A stretch of 64,000 nucleotides of DNA from Chthoniobacterales bacterium. Lineage in GTDB: Bacteria > Verrucomicrobiota > Verrucomicrobiia > Chthoniobacterales > UBA10450. A program made the position numbers and the translations under genes. Within the stretch, counting starts at the first letter, position 1, and each line of letters opens with the position of its first letter. A model generated the notes under the pieces. That model was not told the DNA's origin, ran no database searches, and was given only the letters and a program-made list of their open reading frames with translations. The stretch covers positions 6,085-70,084 of the forward strand of contig DASXPA010000247.1 of the NCBI GenBank assembly GCA_036493915.1. The letters run 5' to 3'. Of this stretch, positions 58,318 through 64,000 are shown piece after piece.

Positions 58318-59912
58318 GAGAGTTCGATTTCGTCGTCATCGGCAGCGGGATCGCCGGCCTGACATTCGCCTTGAAATCTGCCGAATACGGTCGCGTTGCG
58401 ATCGTGACGAAACGCAAAGGTGTCGACTCGAACACAGCGTGGGCGCAAGGCGGCGTCGCTTGCGTGACGAGCGGCGAAGATTCATTCGCCCTCCACATTC
58501 GCGACACGCTCGAAGCCGGCGCAGGTCTTTGCGATCCGGAGACGGTCGAGACGGTCGTGAAGGAAGGACCGAAGCGGGTGCACGAGTTGATGGAGCTGGG
58601 TTTGCACTTTGACGAGCGCGAAGTTTCCGGCCATCTCGAACTCGATCTCGGGCGAGAGGGCGGGCATTCGAAACGTCGCGTTCTGCATGTGCACGATCTG
58701 ACCGGTTACGAAATCGAGAAGACGCTGCTCCGCGCGGTGCAGCAATCGCCCAACATTGACCTCCTCGAGAATCACATGGCCGTCGATCTCATCACCGCGG
58801 GAAAGTTGGGCTTCGCGACGGAAGATCATTGTCTCGGCGTTTATGTGCTCGACGAGATCTCGGGCGCAGTCGAGACGATCCGCACCGATCGGCTCGTGCT
58901 CGCGACCGGCGGTTGCGGGAAGGTTTATCTCTACACGACCAATCCCGACATCGCTTCGGGCGATGGCGTGGCGATGGCTTGGCGGGCGGGCGCGGTGATC
59001 GCGAACATGGAGTTCGTACAGTTCCATCCGACCTGTCTTTTTCATCCGCAGGCGAAATCGTTTCTCATCTCCGAGGCGGTGCGAGGCGAGGGGGGAATCC
59101 TGCGCAACAGCAAAGGAGAAGATTTCGTTAGGCAGGTCGATCCACGCGGCTCACTCGCGCCCCGCGATGTCGTCGCGCGCACGATCGACGCCGAGATGAA
59201 ACGCTCCGGCGCGCAATGTGTTTATCTCGATATTACGCAGCAGCCGCGGGACTTTTTGCAGGAACGTTTCCCGCACATTTACGAGACGTGTCTGCGCTAC
59301 GGAATCGATATGGCGAAGGTGCCAATCCCGGTCGTGCCGGCGGCGCATTATCAATGCGGCGGGATCAAGACGAACATCGACGGCGCGACCAGTCTGCCCG
59401 GTCTCTACGCGATCGGTGAAGTTGCCTGCACCGGCCTGCACGGCGCGAATCGGCTCGCGAGCAACTCGCTGCTTGAAGGTCTCGTCTTTGCGCATCGCGC
59501 TTGCGCGGCACTGATTCGGAGTCAGCCGCCGGCTCATCCAGCCGGCTCGGTTTCGCTTCCGGAGTGGAAACCGGGCGAAGTTCAAAACGTCGATGAGCTG
59601 GTGGTCATTTATCACAACTGGGACGAAATCCGCCGCCTGATGTGGGATTACGTTGGCATCGTCCGCACCGACAAGCGTCTGCAGCGAGCGAGCGCGCGCC
59701 TGCGCAATTTGCTGCGCGAGATTGACGAATTTTACTGGAACTTCCGGATCACGGTCGACCTCCTCGAGCTACGCAATCTTGCGACGGTCGCAGCCTTGAT
59801 CGTGGACTCGGCCCTGAGTCGAAAGGAAAGCCGGGGCTTGCATTTTACGCTCGATTATCCGGAAATGAACGATGCGGCGTTCCATTCCGATACGCTGCTC
59901 AGCCGGCGTTGA
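58314..59912 (+). CDS. nadB: L-aspartate oxidase
   Basis: 532 aa. FDFVVIGSGIAGL FAD motif, HPT...SEAVRGEGG, and GLYAIGEVACTGLHGANRLASNSLLE. ATGA overlap with panC. Confidence 0.95.
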   Translation: MREFDFVVIGSGIAGLTFALKSAEYGRVAIVTKRKGVDSNTAWAQGGVACVTSGEDSFALHIRDTLEAGAGLCDPETVETVVKEGPKRVHELMELGLHFDEREVSGHLELDLGREGGHSKRRVLHVHDLTGYEIEKTLLRAVQQSPNIDLLENHMAVDLITAGKLGFATEDHCLGVYVLDEISGAVETIRTDRLVLATGGCGKVYLYTTNPDIASGDGVAMAWRAGAVIANMEFVQFHPTCLFHPQAKSFLISEAVRGEGGILRNSKGEDFVRQVDPRGSLAPRDVVARTIDAEMKRSGAQCVYLDITQQPRDFLQERFPHIYETCLRYGIDMAKVPIPVVPAAHYQCGGIKTNIDGATSLPGLYAIGEVACTGLHGANRLASNSLLEGLVFAHRACAALIRSQPPAHPAGSVSLPEWKPGEVQNVDELVVIYHNWDEIRRLMWDYVGIVRTDKRLQRASARLRNLLREIDEFYWNFRITVDLLELRNLATVAALIVDSALSRKESRGLHFTLDYPEMNDAAFHSDTLLSRR

Positions 59913-60000
59913 GGTCGCCTTGGAATGGTTCGTGCTAGGGCTGGATATAACGAAACGGGGCTTGCCTGAGCGAGTGATTCGGATACAACGAAAAGTGCAA

Positions 60001-60846
60001 ATGCTGAAGACACGGACGAAATTTCTCCTCACGACAGTGGTTCTAGCCGTCGCTATCGTCCCACTCCTCCGCGCGCAGTCGCCCTACGAAAGCAGCGCAG
60101 ATTTCGCCAAATATGCGATGAAGCTGCGGGCGCAGGCGCTCCTCAAAGTCGAGCCGCAGGTCTTTGTCCCGACGACCTCGCGCTTCTCCTTATCCCGTTA
60201 CCCGTGGAAAACGGATATCGTCACGACCATTTTTTGGATCGGTGAAAATGCCACCGTCAACAATCCGGTGCCCAACCATAAGAGTTCCTGGGATCCGGAT
60301 TGGACGCGCAACTACGGCGGCTTCGACAATCCCGATCCTTCGCGCCGGCACAACTACATCCCGGTTTCGTTTGTGCCGCGACAGAATCCATTTTACTGCG
60401 CGCTGCCGTATAACGACGTCAGCCACGGACAATTCAAACCGGAAGCGCCGATCGTCGTCCCATGGTTTCGGCAGGCGGTCGTGCAACAGGGACACTCGGT
60501 CTGCAAAGATCGCTGGATCGCGATCCGCCATGGCAATCGCGTCTGCTACGCGCAGTGGGAAGATTGCGGACCGTTTCGAACTGATCATTGGCAATATGTT
60601 TTCCGCAACGAGCGCCCGCGGCCGAATCTTAACCACGGCGCCGGGCTCGATGTTTCGCCGGCGGTCCGGGATTATCTTGGGCTCGGAAACATGTCACTTA
60701 ACGATTGGCAATTCGTCGAAGTGCGCGACGTACCGCCGGGACCGTGGCGCAATTACGGCGACAACAACAATTTCGTGATCGCCCGACGCATGACGGAAGA
60801 GCGACTGGCGGAACAGTATTCGACGAAGTCGAAGGCGAAAAAGTAG
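60001..60846 (+). CDS. secreted protein, possibly with RlpA/expansin-like double-psi beta-barrel domain
   Basis: Start at MLKTRTKFLLTTVVLAVAIVPLLRA (signal). CKDRWIAIRHGNRVCYAQWEDCGPF...GLDVSPAVRDYLGL resembles the DPBB signature. Family not verified. Confidence 0.45.
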   Translation: MLKTRTKFLLTTVVLAVAIVPLLRAQSPYESSADFAKYAMKLRAQALLKVEPQVFVPTTSRFSLSRYPWKTDIVTTIFWIGENATVNNPVPNHKSSWDPDWTRNYGGFDNPDPSRRHNYIPVSFVPRQNPFYCALPYNDVSHGQFKPEAPIVVPWFRQAVVQQGHSVCKDRWIAIRHGNRVCYAQWEDCGPFRTDHWQYVFRNERPRPNLNHGAGLDVSPAVRDYLGLGNMSLNDWQFVEVRDVPPGPWRNYGDNNNFVIARRMTEERLAEQYSTKSKAKK

Positions 60847-61104
60847 CGCCGACGACCTCGTCTAACGACTGGGCGTTCTTGCACAGCCAGAAGGAGTCGA
60901 CGCAGGAAAGCTCTGAAGAGGACGGGATATCATCCCATCGTCCGCGCAGATTGCGCCGTACCCGTACGACGGAGCGGCAAGGAGCTTACTTTCAGGGATT
61001 TCGCTGGTCCCGGCCAATGTCTTCCGCGGGACTCTGACCTTCTTCTCCAATAGTGTCTTTGCGCGAACGACGGAGTAGCAGTCGGTCCTCCGCGGAACCC
61101 CCTT

Positions 61105-62832
61105 TCACTGGTGGCGCACTAACTCCGCCGTCAGTTGCGCGAAGGTTTTTTCGATCTCACGGACGCGGGCGAGGAGTGGATCGTAGCGCTTGCGTTCGGC
61201 GTTGCAAAAAGCCCGCAGGGGCTGAAAGAGCGCGCCGATTTCCGCATAGAAAAGATCGATCGCATGCTGCAGTTGCTGTTCAATCGCCGCGACTAATTCC
61301 TCGCGTTTTGCTTCCATCTGGCGGTGATATTCCGCGAGAATTTTTCGTCGACGCGCGAAGGCGACGAACGTTCCCGCGATAAAGGCCGAGGCAGCAACGA
61401 TGCCGGTGACGTCGGCAACGGCGGCGCTGCTCATGGCGGCGATGACCGCGACCAGTCCGCCGGCCGCGGCCACGCCCGCAGGGACGCGGAGCCAGTTCGC
61501 AGTTTCACGAAACATCCGCTCGAGCTGCGCTTCCATCCCGCGGCCCGCGATCCGCTCGACGAGCGTGAGCTGGATCGATTGCAATAGCTCGCGACGTTGC
61601 CGCGCAAAATCGGGGATCGTTTGGCTAACCTGCGCACGGGCGTCGCCTTCGAACTGCCTCTCCATCGTGTCCTGCAACTGCGGCCACAGACTGCGCAGAT
61701 CGGTCTCGAGCAACTGGAGCGCGTTCTCGACTTGCGGTTGAATCAGGCTGCGCATTTTCTCTTCGAGATCGGATTGAAATTTTTCCTGCCATTGCGACTT
61801 GCCGAAAACGAGCCGCCAGGTTCGCCAGAAGGAGAGATTGTGCTCGAGCAACTCCTGACCTTCCGCTTCGCAACGCCGGCAGGCCTGCTCGATCCCCCGG
61901 AGAAACCCGCCAACCTGCCGCAAGGTTTGTTCTTTGCGCGAGGTGAGGATGTTTTCGAGACGGCAGAGCTGTTCCTCGTCGCGCACGATCGTGGCGAGAA
62001 TGTTGCGCACGCGGAGCGAGCTGTCGGTTAAAACCACGGTCGCGGTCTGGCAGGTGGAGACAAGCTTGCGCAGCCCATGCTTCGATTGGTCAACCATCAG
62101 GTTGATGTGCTGCTCGATCGGGCCAAAACCGCTCTCTTCCCATAGCCCCGCCTTGTCGACGCCGCTGGTGCGCGCGAGTAACGCCTTGCGCGCGGAGACC
62201 GCAAAAATCGGCGGGGCGAAGCCGAGCCGTTCGTTCGCAGTATCGTGCAGATGTTTCTCGATCGCCGCGATCTCGTGAGGCTCGCGCAGGTCGGATTGTT
62301 GGAGGACGAAGAGAATATTCTTGAGCCACCTTTGATTGACAAACTTGAGCAGGTCCCACGCGGACGCGCCCCAGGGGTTGACGACCGAAAAGACAAAGAG
62401 GACGAGATCGGCGCGGGGGATGAAATTCTCCGTGATCTCCTGATGCTTCTCGACCATCGTGTTCGTTCCCGGGGTGTCGACGATGTTGAAGTTTTCCAGG
62501 AACTCGATCGGCTCGTAGCGCTCCGTCACCTGCTCGGAAACGTCGATCGTCTCGGCGCGGCTGCCGTGTTTAAAAATATAAACGCGATCAGTCGCGGGAA
62601 GGACGTCGACCTTGCAAAACTCCTGGCCGAAGAGCGCGTTGAGGAGCGAAGACTTGCCCGCCTTTACTTCGCCGACGACGACAAACAGGAGCGGCTCGCG
62701 CACGTCCTTGAGCAAGTTCTGGATCGTGTCGAGCATGATCGACTCGCGCTGCATGTCGGCGGTCAACTTGAGGAGCGCAGCGAGAGCCGCTTCCGTGCGG
62801 TTGCGCAACTGCAGATAGAAGTCGGCGAGCAT
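61105..62832 (-). CDS. bacterial dynamin-like GTPase with C-terminal membrane hairpin
   Basis: 575 aa. G1 VVGEVKAGKSSLLNAL, G3 VDTPGTN, and LQQSD (G4-like). Long helical stalk and hydrophobic VAAAGGLVAVIAAMSSAAVADVTGIVAASAFIAGTFVAF. Confidence 0.7.
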   Translation of the reverse strand: MLADFYLQLRNRTEAALAALLKLTADMQRESIMLDTIQNLLKDVREPLLFVVVGEVKAGKSSLLNALFGQEFCKVDVLPATDRVYIFKHGSRAETIDVSEQVTERYEPIEFLENFNIVDTPGTNTMVEKHQEITENFIPRADLVLFVFSVVNPWGASAWDLLKFVNQRWLKNILFVLQQSDLREPHEIAAIEKHLHDTANERLGFAPPIFAVSARKALLARTSGVDKAGLWEESGFGPIEQHINLMVDQSKHGLRKLVSTCQTATVVLTDSSLRVRNILATIVRDEEQLCRLENILTSRKEQTLRQVGGFLRGIEQACRRCEAEGQELLEHNLSFWRTWRLVFGKSQWQEKFQSDLEEKMRSLIQPQVENALQLLETDLRSLWPQLQDTMERQFEGDARAQVSQTIPDFARQRRELLQSIQLTLVERIAGRGMEAQLERMFRETANWLRVPAGVAAAGGLVAVIAAMSSAAVADVTGIVAASAFIAGTFVAFARRRKILAEYHRQMEAKREELVAAIEQQLQHAIDLFYAEIGALFQPLRAFCNAERKRYDPLLARVREIEKTFAQLTAELVRHQ

Positions 62833-62840
62833 GCCGGCGC

Positions 62841-63743
62841 CTACGGTTTCGCGGGGCTGACTGAGGGCGAAGGAGTCGGGAAGGCGAAACCCGTGGGGCG
62901 GGGTGACGCCGTCGATGAGGGACTGGCGCTCGACGAAATGACGGGAGCCGAGCCGGCCGCTCCCGTTTCTTTCGGTGCCATTGGTTTTCCCATTGCGATC
63001 AGCTGCGAAACCGTGACGAATTTGAAGCCTTTGGCTTGCAGTTTATCGAAGACCTCCGGCATGGCCTTGATCGTTCCGGGATGAATGTCGTGCGACAAAA
63101 TAATCGAACCCGGGCGCGTTTCCCTCACGATGCGGCTGGCGACGACGGACGATCCTGGCCGCTTCCAATCGAGCGGATCGACGTCCCATAAAATTGCCGT
63201 GTACCCGAATTCGCTGTGGATCCACTTCTTTTCCCGCGCGGTAATGGAACCGTACGGGGGTCGCATCAGGGTGGGCGACTTTCCGATCGCGGCGCGGATG
63301 ACATCGTCGGTTTTTTGCAGCTCGCGGCGCACCGCAGCGTCAGACATTTTTCCGAAGGCGGGATGCGACCAGCTATGATTGCCGATTTCGTGGCCTTCGC
63401 GGACCGCGCGCTGCAGAATTTCCGGATGGCGCGCGGCATTTTCGCCGATGACGAAGAAGGTCGCGTGAATGTGGTGCGCGGCGAGGATGTCGAGGAGTTC
63501 GGGAGTGAGTTTCGTGCTCGGGCCGTCATCGAAAGTCTGCGCGATATACGGGCCGTCCACATGCACCGCACTGTAGCTTAGCGCCGGGGTCGAAGAGGGC
63601 TTCGGCGCGTCCAGAGCAGGTGGACTTTTCTCCGGTGCGGCGGCCGGCGACGGGCTTTGCGCGTCGAGCGAACAACCGAACAGAGCGCAAAGTGAAGCGG
63701 TGAGAGCCAGGAAGTGGCGAGAGACGAAGAGCTGCGATTTCAC
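62841..63743 (-). CDS. polysaccharide deacetylase (CE4/NodB) lipoprotein with Pro/Ser/Ala-rich tail
   Basis: 300 aa. Lipobox ALFGCS. TFDDGP, HSWSHP, LMRPPYG, and ILSHD motifs. GTG start. Its stop lies 8 nt upstream of the start codon of the dynamin-like gene. Confidence 0.85.
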   Translation of the reverse strand: MKSQLFVSRHFLALTASLCALFGCSLDAQSPSPAAAPEKSPPALDAPKPSSTPALSYSAVHVDGPYIAQTFDDGPSTKLTPELLDILAAHHIHATFFVIGENAARHPEILQRAVREGHEIGNHSWSHPAFGKMSDAAVRRELQKTDDVIRAAIGKSPTLMRPPYGSITAREKKWIHSEFGYTAILWDVDPLDWKRPGSSVVASRIVRETRPGSIILSHDIHPGTIKAMPEVFDKLQAKGFKFVTVSQLIAMGKPMAPKETGAAGSAPVISSSASPSSTASPRPTGFAFPTPSPSVSPAKP

Positions 63744-64000
63744 AGGCGAAAGATTGCGCTGTACCTAGCAGAGCGGCCCGGCAACGCAAGAGACGCCCCC
63801 GGAGAAGCGGCGCTCTTGGGCAGTTCCGAGGCGATATTTCAGAGGCGACGATTAGGTCCTGTTTTGGCAATTATCCTGCTCCTCTAGGTCGATACCGGTG
63901 CGCCAATCTCCGCTTCTTGGCGGGCCGGCCTTTTGACCTCCAAACGGACGGTAAGCGGCTGGGGGTTTCCATAAATCGATGAAGATTCTCCTGGTTGAAG

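Noticed and set aside
3014-59134. Interpreting TCGTTAGGC as a Chi, KOPS/AIMS or restriction-modification-related word.
   Set aside because: Orientation is balanced (36 plus versus 29 minus) across a window where gene direction changes many times, so there is no polarity. Restriction sites are normally avoided, not enriched roughly 20-fold. A single 64 kb window cannot exclude a replichore switch, so this should be rechecked genome-wide.
63979-64000. ATG AAG ATT CTC CTG GTT GAA G at the window edge (MKILLVE), reminiscent of a response-regulator N-terminus.
   Set aside because: Only 7 codons are visible, far too little to call a gene.

Overview
GC-rich (about 60% by eye), gene-dense chromosomal segment with about 58 protein-coding genes. 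I recognised no rRNA, tRNA, CRISPR array, transposase or integrase. Most of it is housekeeping. From the left: an alternative complex III operon (actABCDEF plus a small membrane protein), a SCO1-like copper chaperone and the start of cytochrome oxidase subunit II (1-9325, minus strand). Next come a GH15 hydrolase, a frameshifted tandem Hsp20-domain gene, a GNAT, a Na+/solute symporter, a large M28/TolB/PDZ peptidase and a bacterial type IB topoisomerase. A small decayed patch follows at 19.5-21.5 kb: a multiply frameshifted ArnT/PMT-like glycosyltransferase and a roughly 400 bp relic of an OLD/DUF4435-like ATPase. After that: an M16 peptidase, several small hypothetical genes, DAHP synthase, mfd, a surA-like gene, pdxA, ispA, tsaD, a C-terminal protease, DUF885, trxA, an HtrA-like protease, SDR/Rrf2, rmuC, rplU-rpmA, adk, fmt, pyrH and frr. 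The right end holds an envelope-glycan block (an LpxL-heptosyltransferase fusion, a large double-GT2 enzyme, a cupin and a methyltransferase), panC, nadB, a dynamin-like GTPase and a CE4 deacetylase. Small family-restricted genes (DUF1844, a PVC-type small protein) and the style of the intergenic palindromes suggest a Verrucomicrobiota/PVC-like genome; this is inference only. The most unusual signal is not a gene. The DNA word (T)TCGTTAGGC occurs about once per kb in both orientations, mostly inside unrelated genes and in all four stop-free reading frames. That pattern resembles a DNA-uptake-sequence-like genome-wide word. The window also carries at least five families of short palindromic intergenic elements, one inserted inside the ACIII operon and one supplying the 3' end of pdxA. 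I found no convincing multi-gene novel defence or secretion system.
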